Source of the DNA: Eledone cirrhosa
Lineage: Eukaryota
Direction: 5' to 3'
DNA length: 64,000 nucleotides
Assembly (NCBI GenBank): GCA_964016885.1
Contig: OZ024746.1
Coordinates: forward strand, 83,080,001-83,144,000
The notes below the pieces were generated by a model. It was given only the letters and a program-made list of their open reading frames with translations. It ran no database searches and was not told the DNA's origin. The translations under genes and the position numbers were made by a program. Below are positions 1-14,480 of the stretch, piece by piece. Each line of letters begins with the position of its first letter. Position 1 is the first letter of the stretch.

Positions 1-8
1 CTCTCTTT

Positions 9-94
<86 letters not shown>

Positions 95-2039
95 ATGTAT
101 GAATGTTTATATTTATATATATATATAAACATTCATACATACATATACATATATATATTTTACTCACCCTCTCTTTCTCTCTTTTTCAGGCTCTTTATTT
201 TACTTCTCTATCTCCATTTTGTATTTGTTGTCACATTGAGATTTTGTTTAACCCACCCGTCTCCCCCAACCCGTCTCTCCTTCTACCCCCATCAATATTT
301 TCCCCTCTCTTTCTGTCTTTCCTTATTTACTATTTCTATCATATCTTTCTTGCTTTTTTTCGTCTTTCTCCTGTCTCATACCCCAACCACACACATCATT
401 CTGCCTCTCTATTCGTTTCATCTTTAGCTTTCTTCTTTCTTTTTACTTTATCCTATTTGCTTCACAAGTAAATCTTTTGGTACTTTATTGACGGAAAAGT
501 AGTATTCTCCTTCTACAAATCGCTGTTCTGCATGGGCAAAGATAATTATAAACCTAACGGAACCTTCATTCATGTTCAATGATCCAAACACTCGAGTAAA
601 CTGAAGGCATCAACATTGGAGAAAGTTGTCAATGATAAATAAACTGTAACCTCTCCATCTTTCACTGGGGGGACATTATTTTGTTATTTTTCGTTTTTTC
701 TTTCTCTTTGTATTAGTCGCAGTTTGGGCCGAGAACAAAATAATTTTCATTGAGCAATCGTTTTTGGTCATTCACCACATCGGAATCTTTTGAAATTGTA
801 TCAAAATCAAACAGGGTTTTAGATAAAGTTTATCCCTTATCTCACATCCATTGGTTTAACCAATAAAACCATTACAACCCCCTACCTCTATTTTTCTCAC
901 AGAAAATTGCAATAGAAATGTACATATAAGTATATTAGTTGCTGTTATTTGAAACAAGAATCTTCTGTGATGCGTACAACTGCTTAAACGTTTGGTTAAG
1001 AAAAATTTAGGCAGAAAGCAATTTTCTAGAAGATTTTATCTTTTTATGTGGTGCTAAAACGCTTCTGAGTATCCATTATTAAGAACTTCTACATAGAAAA
1101 ACATTGAACGGGCATTCATTGGACATTGTATTCATTTAACAAGGTTCTCGCTTGGCTAGAGAGCAGTTTTATGACTCGGAAACATCAAAGAGATTATCAA
1201 CGCTAGATAGAAATTTCATTCATAGCTTTGGCAACTAATTTCAAATATTCGTAGAAATAAGTCAGATTTTTATATAAAATTTCTATTGGTTGTTGTAACT
1301 GGTGTTATTAGTTCAATGTTGTGGAAACATATTTGAGAATAGATACAATATTTGTTAAATATCCCACTAATGTTTTTACTCCGGCAATAGTAATTACAAG
1401 TTTGTTTTCGAATAAGCTTTACAAACTGACTTTTTCATAAGTGGAAAGTGGTGGGACTGGCTACAGGACAACACACTATATTTATTCCACTTCATTATTT
1501 CCTTGTGTTATTATATATATATATATATATTCCATTTTAATACTTACTACCCAGTGGGCATTGCGCCAATTTGTTTTTTCTTCACTTTAGTTACTTCAAT
1601 ACTTTTATCTGTTGTATTGTCCATTCCAATCAAATTGGGGCCTTAATTATTTGTTTTATTGAAGTTTTTTCAATTGCATGTAACTAACTAACAACGAAAA
1701 CTATACCCGTTAAATACTCTTTTTCAGATATCTTAATATGACATTAGAGTAATTCATATGAAACCGAAATATATAATGAATATTATGCGTAAATGATGAC
1801 AATAATATTTAATTAGTAAATTTAAGAGGTATTTTACCACAAAAGTAGTTGTTAAATCAATATTTTCATCAATAGACGGCTGGAACTTAAAACATAACTG
1901 TTCTAAGTTCAAATCTTGTTGAGATAGGCTTTAGTTTTCTTCCTTTTGGGGTTGATAAAATAAGTCACAGGAGTATCCCCCTTTTTTTACATGAGTGTTG
2001 TACCCAGTTTTTATTTCCTCTCAATATCATAAGAGTTGT

Positions 2040-2170
2040 AAGTAGCAAATTGGCAGAATCATTAGAACGTCAGGTAGAATACTTTGCAGGATTCGGTCCT
2101 GCGCTCTGAGTTCAAATCCTGCCGGTGTCAACTTTGTTTTTCATCCTTTCGAAGTCATTTAAAGAAGTAC
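2040..2170 (+). mobile_element. tRNA-derived SINE, family S1 (degenerate, partial)
   Basis: A-box-like TGGCAGAATC, B-box GAGTTCAAATCC, then the TTTCATCCTTTC core shared with other S1 copies. Confidence 0.7.
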
Positions 2171-2330
2171 TTCCTCTATATCTCTACCACTTTCTCTTTT
2201 TCTCTGGAAGAAACCGACTGTGTTAAGATCTGGAGAAGGATGGACTTCGCCAGATTTTTTTTAATGTCCAAGACTATGCGTATGTCATGACGGCACACCC
2301 AGGACTTCACTAGGAGTTACGAGTCCATAT

Positions 2331-2510
2331 ATAATCGTTTCTACTTTAGGCACGATGCCGCAATTACCCAGTACATTACTGGTACTTTATTTTATCGACC
2401 CCGTAAGGATGAAAGGCAAAGTTAACCTTGGCGGGATTTGAACTCAGACCGTAAAGGGACGTAACTACGCTGGAAAGCATGGCGTCCGACCCTCTACAGA
2501 TACTGCCAAT
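2331..2510 (-). mobile_element. tRNA-derived SINE S1
   Basis: Reverse complement reads TGGCAGTATC...GAGTTCAAATCCCGCC...GCCTTTCATCCTTACGGGGTCGATAAAATAAAGTACCAG...TAAAGTAGAAAC; more than 10 related copies in the window. Confidence 0.85.
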
Positions 2511-4204
2511 ATATAATTGTTTCTACTTTATGAATTGTAATATGAGAAATAGAATCTTGACTGTACACATAGCATTAACTTCTGTCAAATATACTAATTC
2601 TCTCAAACTCTAAAATGACAGGTCCGTATCTGTTTGGAAGAGTATGATTATTTTCAATACAGAACATCCTATTTTGGAATCTCTTACACGGATAAGTTCA
2701 TTGGGAAGGGGCAGCGACAATCGATCCCAAAATAATATAGTGAAAGAAAGATATATAAGCAAAATTGCGGATTGCAGACAATACAATACATGTTGCTTAG
2801 AACTACAAGCAATTCTTTGAGCCTTCACGGTAGAGCCAGCCATTTAAACATTTTTACCTTCATTTCATGAGATCTATTATCAATTTAGTCATTGTAAAGG
2901 CTTGAACTGGTGTAAAACAGTTTCACAGCTTGTCATCAAATCGGCAATGATATATCATTTGTGAATTACATGATTATATGAATGAAGTCATTTCCAATGT
3001 TTGCTATCATTCGGTTTTGAAATTGGAATGATTTCCTCCCATTTCCTTCCCTTTCGTTTTGTCAACAAAGCAGCTCCCTCTCCACCTCTCATCGCCACAT
3101 CATCTATCTCAACAACATTGCTTTCTTTTTCCACTTTTCCTCGTTCACTTCATGCTTCTTTATCCCCAGCCTCCGACACCTTCTTATTTCTTCTTCGTCT
3201 TATTATTATTATTTTATTTTTTACCCTCTTGTTTCTGAGTAGGTCTTTAGGGAAATTACAGACTATTGTGAATGAGTGCCCTTTAAACGTCTTAGCTAAT
3301 TCTATTTTGACAAATTTCCATCGTCGTCTAAATAGGAGCCTACCTGCTCTACATGATACGATGGTAACTATAATTCCTTTTAAACACCACCGTCTCTCAC
3401 ACAACACACAGCCTTCCCCTGCAGCGAACAATCGCCTAATTTAAGATGATTAGAGAACCCAGTTTCCGATGTATAGCGGCCTGTCGTGTTTGCTTATCAC
3501 ATCAATATCAGCTGCTTCGCAAATTTAGTTTGCATTTTACTACTGCGATATTCAATTACTGTTTGAAACGATCAAGACACCCTCTGTCTCATTATATCTC
3601 TAACTCTTCCTCTGCACCTCTCTCTCCTCTCTTTTTTCTCTTTCTTTCTTTATATTTCTTTATCTCTCTTCTTTCTGTCTCTCCTTTACGAACACACATT
3701 CAGACAAACACAGATATACTGACAAAAATACAGCCACACTATCTCTCTATTTATCTATCTCTATCTCTCTTTGAGCAGTATTCATCAGAAACTGTTTATT
3801 TGCAACTTACGGCCCTACAGTTGTATTATTGAAGTCCTTCTAATAGTTTCATCTGAGAACAGTTCGTTCGAAGCCTAGATCCCCAGCATTTACACAGAGC
3901 TAATTCCTTGTTTTGCACAATACCCTCGGGTTGAATCAATAAAACTTACACGAAAGTCTCTATTAAAAGTTAACCACATCTGTTGTCCTTGCTGCTATAA
4001 CAGAATGACTTTTCATTGTTGAGAATTTCATTGCATCGACAGGGAAAATGAATCAAGAGGACGAATAAGGCACGCTATGTACACACTCATGCGAACACAC
4101 ACATACACACACACACACAAGAAATATAACTCGCTTTTATTTTACACAGAAGAAAATGAATACAAAACGAAACAAAAGCAATAATAACAGCAACAAATAA
4201 TAGT

Positions 4205-4274
4205 AATGATAGTAGTAGTAGTAGTAGTGGTGGTGGTGGTGGTAGTGGTGGTGGTGGTGGTGGTGGTAGTAGTG

Positions 4275-4335
<61 letters not shown>

Positions 4336-4415
4336 GAAGATGAAGAAGTAGTAGGAAGATGAAGAAGAAGGAAGAAGAAGAAGAAGAAGGAGAAGAAGAA
4401 GAAGAAGAAGAAGAA

Positions 4416-4463
<48 letters not shown>

Positions 4464-4501
4464 TAAATGACAGGGAAATAAAAGGTAACGATAAAGTAGA
4501 G

Positions 4502-4535
<34 letters not shown>
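4205..4535. repeat. Compound microsatellite (TAG/TGG/GAA/GAAA/AAT)
   Basis: Direct reading. Confidence 0.95.
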
Positions 4536-4537
4536 GC

Positions 4538-4700
4538 AATAAAAGTAAAAATAAAAGTAAAAATAAAAGTAAAAATAAAAGTAAAAATAAAAGTAAAAAT
4601 AAAAGTAAAAATAAAAGTAAAAATAAAAGTAAAAATAAAAGTAAAAATAAAAGTAAAAATAAAAGTAAAAATAAAAGTAAAAATAAAAGTAAAAATAAAA
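4538..4700. repeat. 12-bp tandem repeat (AAAATAAAAGTA)n
   Basis: About 13 near-perfect units. Confidence 0.95.
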
Positions 4701-5246
4701 AAAAATTTGTTCTGTGGCACTTGATTCATCAATATGCGGGAATAATGAAAGTTGTGCTGATCAAACTAAATAATTAGAGAAAATTTTGTGCTGAAAGGTA
4801 GCAAATTGAAATAACGTTAGAGTAGATGTCGTTTTATTCGCTGGTCAACGTTTACCGAACACATTAACGTCATACAATGTGGTAGTGTCGTCTGCAACTT
4901 TCCAATACACTCAGCTTTACTTCTACACTAACTACACACACTCTTTCGCATATTCTGTATTGTATAGGTGTGAGTGTGTGGGTGGGTGTTTATTTGTGTG
5001 AATATGTGTGTATTGGTGTATGTGTAGGAATATGTGAGTATGAGTATGTATGTATATATATATATATATATATATACATACATATATGTATATACATATG
5101 CATATATACATATATATACATATATATATATACATATAAACATATATGTGCGTGTGTTCATGTAGGTATGTATATGTTTGTATTTATGCATGCATGTATG
5201 TATATACATATATAATCTGTACATATATATATACATATATATATAC

Positions 5247-5341
<95 letters not shown>

Positions 5342-5587
5342 TATACATATATATATATTAGATGCATATATGTATATATGTATGTATGAGTGTGTGCTTA
5401 CTTATTCAAAATGAGAGAGTGCATATTTTCTTGTGCATGTATACATGCTTATGTATGTGCACGTGTATGTGTGCGTGTCTATTTGTGTTTTTGCACAATG
5501 CAATATTTGAAGAAAAAGTGTGTTTGTCTATATGCGTATTAGTTTCCTTGTGTGTGCGTGAGAGAGAGGGAGAGAGAGAGAGAGAGA

Positions 5588-5628
<41 letters not shown>

Positions 5629-5711
5629 TCTCTCTGTGTTTGCGTCTATGTATGTAAATATGTATGTATGTATGTATAAATATATGTATAGATATATGTA
5701 TAAATATATAT

Positions 5712-5795
<84 letters not shown>

Positions 5796-5886
5796 GTGTG
5801 CATGTTTAAGGATGTATTTCAATGCCAGTTTGTATGTATGCATAAGCGTATTATATATATTTATATATATATATTATAAATAACAG

Positions 5887-6028
5887 TAGGCATGGCTGTG
5901 TAGTTAAAGAGTTCGCTTCGCAAACACAGGGCTTAAGATTCAGTCACACTGCATGGCATGTAAGGCATTTTACAATAGCATTGGGTTCATCAATGCCTTG
6001 TAAGTGAAGTTCGGTGGATGAAAACTGC
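5887..6028 (+). mobile_element. tRNA-derived SINE, family S2 (degenerate)
   Basis: tRNA-like head GGCATGGCTGTGTAGTTAA...GATTCAGTCAC and body GCCTTGTAAGTGAAGTTCGGTGGATGAAAACTG; related degenerate copy at about 51325-51462. Confidence 0.6.
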
Positions 6029-6598
6029 AGTACAACCTGTCCCATGGTCGGGTCGTTGGCGACTAAACTGGCAACCCTACCAAGGTTTCTTGGTGAGGAG
6101 GGTGACTTTGGACATCCTGCAGGACTAAAAACAAAACCTGTCAAAGGGCAAAGAAGCTCTTAAGAGTCGATGGCCATCCAAAATCACCGGGAGAGATGAA
6201 CCCTTAGCCTTTGTCAAGGCAGAATTCTAGGAGAAGGAAAACTCTGATATAACACCTGCAACCCTGATGGTATCCAATGATGTTGACTTGTTCTTCTTTT
6301 TGGTAAATATCATCTTGGTTAAGAGAGTGGGACTGGCTTTGTGCAGTGCCTTTGTTCACTATAAAAGCTTCACGACACAGGCATTGCTTTATATCTGGAG
6401 ATCTCTCTGCACTTGTCATCACATGGTACCATGGGCCCAGCACTATGTGTCAATAATTGTCACAAGTGTAGTGTTTGTACCAGAGTTTTCAAGTCGCTGG
6501 CTGGACTAAAAAGTCACACTTGTTCAGCGCATCGGTAGGGGTTCTCCTACATGGATATGAAGTAGTGGCCGTACTCGAAAACGAGTTCGCAGCCACCA
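6029..6598 (+). mobile_element. Internally deleted RTE-like LINE derivative (5' UTR joined to 3' end)
   Basis: 5' part matches 25690-25835. 3' part matches 22423-22655 (minus strand) and encodes a C2H2 finger CSVCTRVFKSLAGLKSHTCSAH* before a short 3' UTR. Confidence 0.65.
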
Positions 6599-6619
6599 TA
6601 TATATATAGAGAGTAGAGA

Positions 6620-6899
6620 GAAAAAAAGATGAAATCGAAAATGCAACTGGAGCCTTATTTTAAAAAAAAATATATATTTATTTGGTTCCTTTACCGGTTT
6701 CGCAGTTCTTCTGCTTTTCAAAAGTAGAGTTGAGATGGAGGGTCTGTGGTTTTTCTCACATGTGAGAAGGAACCAAATAAATATATATTTTTTTAAAAAA
6801 TAAGACTCCAGTTGCATTTTCGATTTCATCTTTTTTTTCTTTATACTTTCACTCGTGTAGGACACCTCGGTTATTTTTCATTTTGTAAAAAAACCTCAC

Positions 6900-6906
<7 letters not shown>
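6620..6906. mobile_element. (TA)n-embedded fold-back mini-element, family C
   Basis: About 70-bp inverted arms (6620-6690 / 6769-6840) plus a 3' tail; second copy at 28828-29037. Confidence 0.8.
6689..6724 (-). ncRNA. Minimal hammerhead ribozyme, U3-A8 core variant (candidate)
   Basis: Minus strand: cuu UUGAAAA gcag-aagaa-cugc GAAA CCGG UA aag. Confidence 0.55.
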
Positions 6907-6961
<55 letters not shown>

Positions 6962-6963
<2 letters not shown>

Positions 6964-7092
6964 AAAATGTGTGAAATCCTTGGTACGGTTAGGTATATTT
7001 AAAAAAGGAAAAGAATGACTTCACAAAAGTTCTCAACAATTTGATTTAATTTTATAATATTATGATTTTAACTAATATTATAAAATTAAATC

Positions 7093-7097
<5 letters not shown>
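6962..7097. mobile_element. (TA)n-flanked mini-element with terminal hairpin
   Basis: 25-bp perfect arms AATTTGATTTAATTTTATAATATTA / TAATATTATAAAATTAAATCAAATT at 7038-7097, plus a unique tail. Confidence 0.5.
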
Positions 7098-7132
<35 letters not shown>

Positions 7133-7138
7133 CACTAC

Positions 7139-7216
7139 GGTTTTATATATATTTATATATATTATCCTTATTGAGCCCGCTTAGAATTTTAGTCTTCACA
7201 TTTATTATTATTACTA
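7139..7216. repeat. Short dispersed (TA)n-associated repeat, family G
   Basis: ATCCTTATTGAGCCC...GAATTTTAGTCTTCAC...ATTATTACTATA recurs at 55912-55995. Confidence 0.65.
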
Positions 7217-7703
7217 TATATACGTTTCTTGTATGTGATAGCTGTACTCCAGCATGGTCATAATTTAATGATTGAACATAAGTAAATGTACATAGAAATA
7301 TGTCCATATATACATGATATACATAGACATATAGCTAAGTTTCAGAAACCGGAACATTTTTCTCTGAGAGTTCCTTATACTCTGAAGAAGGGAATTTTCA
7401 GTCCAGGAATATTAGAACGAAAGAAACAACATAAAAAAAAAGATTACCAGGTAACTTACTTTTTCTTTACTTCATCTTACAGTCCATTTTGCCTTATATC
7501 ATTTTCCACACAATATATATATATATTTCGGAATATAAAACGCATCGGAATATAGGACGCCGCACTCTAAATTTAACATGTTATGTTTATCGCATATCGT
7601 TTTCCTGATAGTTTTAGAGTGCAAAAAGCTAAACTAATCGCTACAACTGAATTGACCAAATTTGCCCCCTCACACACACCAATTCAGAAATCCTTCTACC
7701 GCC

Positions 7704-7773
<70 letters not shown>

Positions 7774-8072
7774 ACCACATTGTCGAATGGAGGCGTAGCA
7801 TGTTTTTGTGGGACTTGCTGCTACATCTAGCGGGTTCAACGACCACCTAAACGCCCCCTTCCCCCGTTGGCTCAATAATTATACTCGGGGAGAAATGCTC
7901 TGTGTTTTGTTCTGTTACTATCCAGCATTCTTAAAATGTGCACCAGTCTTTCTTGAGAATGACATAAGCCATTGTATGTCCATGGAGAGATATTCCTTCC
8001 ACATCTGTCTCAAGCTAAAGAAGTTGCATTATTAATAACTCATGCTATGAACTTCTTTCAGGGACAGAATAT

Positions 8073-8148
<76 letters not shown>

Positions 8149-8289
8149 CGAGTGGACATTACCGAATCAAACAAATCGATATGCAAAATAAGCGCACACA
8201 CGCAGACACGTACACACACACATACACACACACATACGCGTACACACACGTGCATACACACACACGCACGTACACACACAGATACATAC

Positions 8290-8350
<61 letters not shown>

Positions 8351-8367
8351 CATATATATATACATAC

Positions 8368-8406
<39 letters not shown>

Positions 8407-8411
8407 CATAT

Positions 8412-8468
<57 letters not shown>

Positions 8469-8658
8469 TGTATATTTTATAGGATATGTACATAAACACA
8501 TAAATTCAACGATATTTACACACGTTTACATACAGATATATCGCTTTTCTGTCTCGCAATGTCTCACATCTATCCCTCTGTCTAGCTCTGTCACACACAC
8601 ACACGCACACGCACACACACACACACACACACACGCGCGCGCACCCCCCCCACACACA

Positions 8659-8720
<62 letters not shown>

Positions 8721-10316
8721 GTCTCTCTCTGTTTCTCTCTCTCTACCTCTCTCTCTCACTCTCGGTACCCTTTTTCTTTCGGAAGTGTTCTTTTACAGCT
8801 CTAGCCAATATTCTGTCACTTGTTTCTTTTCTGTTTATTTGTTTTTTACTTTTATTTAGCTTATAGTTATTTTCTTCCTCATCCATTTTCTTTTTCTTTA
8901 GCATTTTTCTCGTTTGAAAGATTAACAGTTTGTTTTCACTTTTTTTTCCCTCTGAACTGCTGCTGCCTTTCAAAAAACTCCAGCAGTTCCTTAACATGAT
9001 AATATTAAAGATGTCCGCCAGAATATCGTATGGAAATCATACTGGAGCGAGTAATAAACTCCCATCATGTAAAAGTACATGTCATATGTCAGCTGGGTCA
9101 CTATTTTCACCCATCTATTACTCTTGACCTCTACACTCCACCCGTGCTACTTCTGTTGGTTGCTTTTCACGTACATCTAATTCTTTATTTTTATCATTTT
9201 TATGCATTTATTTTTTTCCCCCCAATGTGAAATACGTCTCGAGTGTGGCGCTATAGTTTTATGACACGTTCTGCAGAGATAGCAACCGAATGACGTTTAC
9301 AATCTCTGACGGCAGCGCGAAATCAATTGAATGCACGTTCCAGATGATATGACAGTAACGTAGATGAAGGCGTGTAAAAGCACTAGTAGCAAATTCAGAT
9401 AAATGGCCGACAGGGCATTGATGTGAGCTTGCTAATCAAACATGGCCGACGTCTACTAAATCTTCACTGGATCTCACATCAAACCACCATTTTTCTTCAT
9501 CTTCTCCTTCAGGCCATCACAATTGGTGGTGTCCAGGGCTATTTCTATCTTGTTCATTGGCTGAGAAAACAAATCCGTTGGATAGGAAAAAAATGCTATG
9601 GTTTCTCTCTAGATACATTGAAATTAAGAAACAGCAAAAGCCAAGTAGTTTTTATGAGTCTGTTTTATATCACTATGAGCTGTTATATTCTTTTTAGTAC
9701 TGTTCCGATATATCTTTTATTTTCCCTGAGTAAACAGTTATTAGAAATACTTGCCAGTCGTATTATTCAAAGATACTAAATGTAATAAGAAGAAATAAAA
9801 GAGATACAAACACAGTGAAAATAGCATGCCGTAAAAGTTGTAAAAGGATATAGATCTCGTAACGTTGATAAATTTAATCCCATTTGAGCGTAACAGTGTA
9901 TTTAAAAAATAAATAAATAGGATTCTATCGAAGATATAGTATATTCCTTTTGATAGCTTAAGTGTTCCGTGCCAAGAAAAAAAAAGAAAAGAGAAACAAG
10001 AACATAATAATAATAAGTAATATTAGCAAAATAAAAATAAATAGGACCCCACAGAAAACATTTCTATTGAAGCAGAGAGCGTCTATATCAAATGAAGTAG
10101 ACGAAGCACGTAGACAAAACTAACATCGCAAACTAATATATAAATTTCAAATATACCCCCTGTCAATATTTTCTATGATGCGTTGCTTTACTCAGTTTGC
10201 ATTCTCATCTAACGTGGCAAAGAAGATCTTCAATACACATATATTTCTAAGGTTATTGATTGAAGAAACTTCTATTGAAGTGAGCTTTACAGGTCAATAA
10301 ATGCACCCCTCCCAGC

Positions 10317-10354
<38 letters not shown>

Positions 10355-10567
10355 GTATACATACATATATGTATAAATACATACTCATACTTACATATAT
10401 GTTTATAATATATATATATATATATATACATACATATTTATATACACATATATACATATTTATATACACATATATGTGTGTGGTGTATGTATAAATATAT
10501 ATAGAGAGAATTGTGGTTACAAACGAAAGAAAAGTGTAATCAAGTGTTAATATAAATACTATGCATA

Positions 10568-10628
<61 letters not shown>

Positions 10629-11154
10629 TCGGGAGTGTGTGTATGTGTATTTACATACATTTGTATAATTGTATGTGGCGAAGTATTCGTGTAGCATTTT
10701 AATACTGTTCTGTTTGCGCTTGCACACACGTATGTGTATATATGTCTGTGTGTATTTGTTTGTGAATGTGTGTATTTGTGTACAATAATATTTCTGAGAA
10801 CGTGTGGTGGTGTTTGTGGAAGGAAGTGTGGAGAGAAATTTCGAATTATGGTAATAATGTTTCTTTCTACAGTGTTATATGAAATACAAAATGCCAAAAA
10901 TCATTGATTTACGATGTAAATAACCTACAGGACTAGGAAACAAGACAAAATATGTTACAATTTGTCCCTTTTATTTATAGGAAGTGTGAATGCCATTAAC
11001 AACGGGAAGATAGAAATAAACAGATTTGCGTAAGGCAATCGTTAATATGTACGCTATTTTGAAGGATTTGGTTTGATAAACAAGACATTTGAAAATGTCT
11101 TGTGTGTGTGTGTGTGTGTGTGTCTGTGTGTGGTGTGTGTGTGTGTCTGTGTGT

Positions 11155-11242
<88 letters not shown>

Positions 11243-11567
11243 GGGTGTCAAAGCTTCAGAGGAACGGAATGTAATTCCAGCAGAGTCAAAGATACAACCT
11301 CGCAACCTCGATGTCAACATATCGTATTAGTTATTTCGAAATCACACGACCAATATAAGAAAACGAGCTTAATAGCCAAGTTTTTACGCCAGTGTTGAAT
11401 TGAAATAGCTGACAGCTAATACAAAGTTAGAATACTATTTATAAAAAGGTGAGAAAGATTTTGAATAGCAGATATATTAGAGCAAATGTCCACTTACGTT
11501 TTGAGTTCAAATCCTAGCGTGGCGGAGAAAATAAAGCACTAGTCTTTACATTTAAAATTAAATATTT

Positions 11568-12490
11568 TCTACTTTAGGCACAAGGCCAGTGATTTTAGCG
11601 AGAGGGGAAAATTGATTAAATCGACCCCAATATTTGATTGGTGCTTTATTTAATAGACCCCGTAACCATGAAAGATATAGTTGATCTTGATATGATTTGA
11701 ATACTATAAAGCCTCTTGTCTGGTGTTCTAGCGATTCTTCTAATAAACTATTCTTATTGCATTGATAAAAGGATTGTTGACCATTATGTATAAAAATATG
11801 GTCGGACAAAAGGCCTTCCGTTATTTAATTACGGCGGAGATGGTAGATTGCAGAATCGGTAGACCCTCCGTAAAAATGCTTTGCGGTATTTCTTCTGCCT
11901 TTTTACATTCTGAGTTCAAATCCTGCCTAAGTGATATTTGCTTTTCATCCTCCCATGGTCGATAAAATAAAGTACTAGTCGATATTATCGACTTACCTCT
12001 TCCTCTAAAATGCTGGCCTTGTGCCTAAATCAGAAATAGATATTTAGCTACGACCCTTTATTTTCCAACTTCATATCCGACAGAGGTCGAGACAATAAAA
12101 TAACAGACATTGGGCTGAAGAATTATGTCGATTATTAATCATTAAAGTTAGTTGGGCAAAATACATTGCAATACTCAATTCAAATCCCGTCGAGGTCAAA
12201 TTTGCCTTTCATCTTCCGGGGTCGATAAAATAAAGTACCAGTCAAGTAGTGAGGTTGATTTAATCAACTGTACTCTTCTCTCAAGACTTTGCTGGCCTTG
12301 TGCCTAAATTAGAAATTAATATTTGCGGTATACGTAAGAAGCATTTTATTAAATGAAGTACAGTTTTTAATTTCGTACTTCTATATTCTGAGTTCAAATC
12401 CCGGCGAGATCGATTTTGCCTTTGATCTTTCTGTAGTCAATAAATAAGCTCAACAATATATACGTGAGTTTGATATAATCGTCATTCCCT
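11568..12490. mobile_element. Cluster of degenerate S1-type SINEs (one minus strand, about 3 plus strand)
   Basis: Repeated GAGTTCAAATCC B-box, TTTCATC..GGGGTCGATAAAATAAAGTAC core and GCTGGCCTTGTGCCTAAA tail. Confidence 0.75.
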
Positions 12491-12851
12491 CCCTCTCTGT
12501 TTCCTTCACTCTCTCCTCGTTACCCCCCCCCCCCTCATAAAAAAAGAAGAATCATATATCTCGCCGAAATAAAATCAATATGGTCACGGAGTAGAGCGTT
12601 ATGAAATAATGGTAAATTCTTTGTCAGCTGAGTCAGCGACACAATTTCAATTTTTGATTAAAGCCGTTTAACTTTATTTACAACATGAATGTCTTGAGTC
12701 AGTGGATCCTGAAACTTAATTTTTTGCTGAAACTTTATACGATTTCCAAAAATTTCAGATCCCATACCTAAATGTTATGGTTAATCCTCATCTCCCTAAT
12801 TCTTATAAACCATTAACTGAAACAAAAATTGTTTGAGAGAAAAAAAATAAA

Positions 12852-12905
<54 letters not shown>

Positions 12906-12907
<2 letters not shown>

Positions 12908-13328
12908 GGAAAAATTTGAACAGGAACAAAACAGAGAGGCAGTACAACGAATGTTTATTAATTTCACGCTCTGGAGAGTGAGGTGGTGGTGGTGGGGAAC
13001 GACGTTTCGGGCATAAGCCCTTCCTCAGGTGAGAAGTGTGTGGGAACAGAGTTCAAAGGGTGTGTAGGGGAGTGGTGGAGAGACATATAGCGAAAGGAAA
13101 CGGTGCGAAGGAAATTAAAAATAAAAATAAAAATAAAGCATGATCAAAATAAAAGGAATGAAATAAAAATAAATATAAAAGCATGATCAAAATAAACTGA
13201 AATTAAAAAGGGGTAAAACAGGTGGTGGAAGGGTGTGGGATGTGTAGGGGTGGTGGCGGGTGGAGTGGGGAGAGGGAGACGGGGTGTCCGAGCGGGGAGG
13301 GCTGAAGGTGGTGTGTGTGTGTAGGTGT

Positions 13329-13365
<37 letters not shown>

Positions 13366-14210
13366 AAAGTAAGGGTTGGGGGAAGAACGGGGTTGCATGT
13401 TCAGGAAGAGGTGTGTGTGTGTGGGGGGGTTGTAGGTCGGAGTGTCTGTGCGTGTGTGGATAGAGGGGTGGGGGGAGAGGAATCAGGAGGCTGAGGGTGT
13501 AAATATGTGGGGTTTAAGCGTGTTGTGGGTGAGTTATATAGGTGATTCCGTAAGAAGATGGTTGAAATGTTGGTAAATTCCTATGATGTTTAGTAGATTC
13601 CGTGGTGGTCAAGTTCCACATACGAGTATTCCATGAAGAGATGGTCGGAAGAGGAGAGATGTGGGGTGCGCGCGAAACAGGAAGTGGTCAAGCGGTGGGA
13701 GTGCTGTGTGTCTGTTTGTGCTGGGAGGTGGTCAGAGGGCATAGCAGCAGTCAGGTGGAATGGTAAAGGGGCGAGGATGGGTAGGTGTGAAAGTTGGAGT
13801 GAGGAGGGTGTGTGTGTGTATTAGTAGAGGTGTTAGTGGGATGAGTGAGTGTGGAGCGAGGGTGTGGGTGGAGCGGGGAGAGAAGGGTGTGTGTAGTTCT
13901 ATGGAGGGAGTGTGGTGTACTGGTGTGTGTGTAGTTTGATGAAGGGGGTGTTAGTGGGTGTTAGTATACGGGAGGTGGGAAAAGGGTTGAATGCAGGTAT
14001 GAATGGGGGTTAGTGGTGGTAGGGTGTGTAGAGTTGGTGGTGTACGAGGGTGTGTGGGTACGTGTGCGTGGGGTCAGGGGGTGTTAGTGAGGTTAGTTGC
14101 GGGGTGGTGGGATGGAGGTGTGGGGGTGAGGGTTAGTGGTGGTAGTAGGGTGTGTGTTTAGTGTGAGCGCGTGTATATATGTGCCGGTGGGTGTGTGCAT
14201 ATTTATTGTT
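12906..14210 (-). mobile_element. Penelope-like element remnant (3' pLTR region), abutting (TA)n
   Basis: Canonical minimal hammerhead and AATAAA (12954-12959, minus strand) near the 3' end, with strong G/T strand bias as in the PLE at 59.1-60.4 kb; far boundary uncertain. Confidence 0.5.
12999..13030 (-). ncRNA. Minimal type I hammerhead ribozyme (Penelope-type)
   Basis: Minus strand: ac CUGAGGA a gggc-uuau-gccc GAAA CG UC gu; palindromic stem III ACGU and GUC cleavage triplet. Confidence 0.8.
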
Positions 14211-14259
14211 ATTGGAACAGTGAAAAGATATCTTCTATAAAAGGAACATGGAGAGTAAA

Positions 14260-14480
14260 TGGTTTCTTATATAGGCACAAGATCAGCAACCTTTTGGAAG
14301 GGGAGGGGAGAAAGTCGATTAAATCGACCCCAGTACATGACTGGTACTTTATTTTATCGACCCCGTAAGGATAAAAGGCAAAGTTAACCTCGACGGGATT
14401 TGAACTCAGATCATAAAGGGCTGTAACTCAATGTCGCAAAGCATGGCGTCCGACCCTCTACCGATACTGCCAATCCATTG
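14260..14480 (-). mobile_element. SINE S1, full length
   Basis: A/B boxes, core and tail as in the other copies. Confidence 0.85.

Noticed and set aside
480-1400. Possible hAT-like transposase relic on the minus strand (FAHAEQRFVEGEYYFSVNK)
   Set aside because: Too degenerate to support without a profile search.
2590-3030. Possible hAT dimerisation-domain relic (LPI..SCE..LNG)
   Set aside because: Needs several frameshifts; unsupported.
9230-9780. Unique GC-richer segment or 118-aa ORF as an exon
   Set aside because: No recognisable motif or consistent splice frame; could be a DNA transposon remnant.
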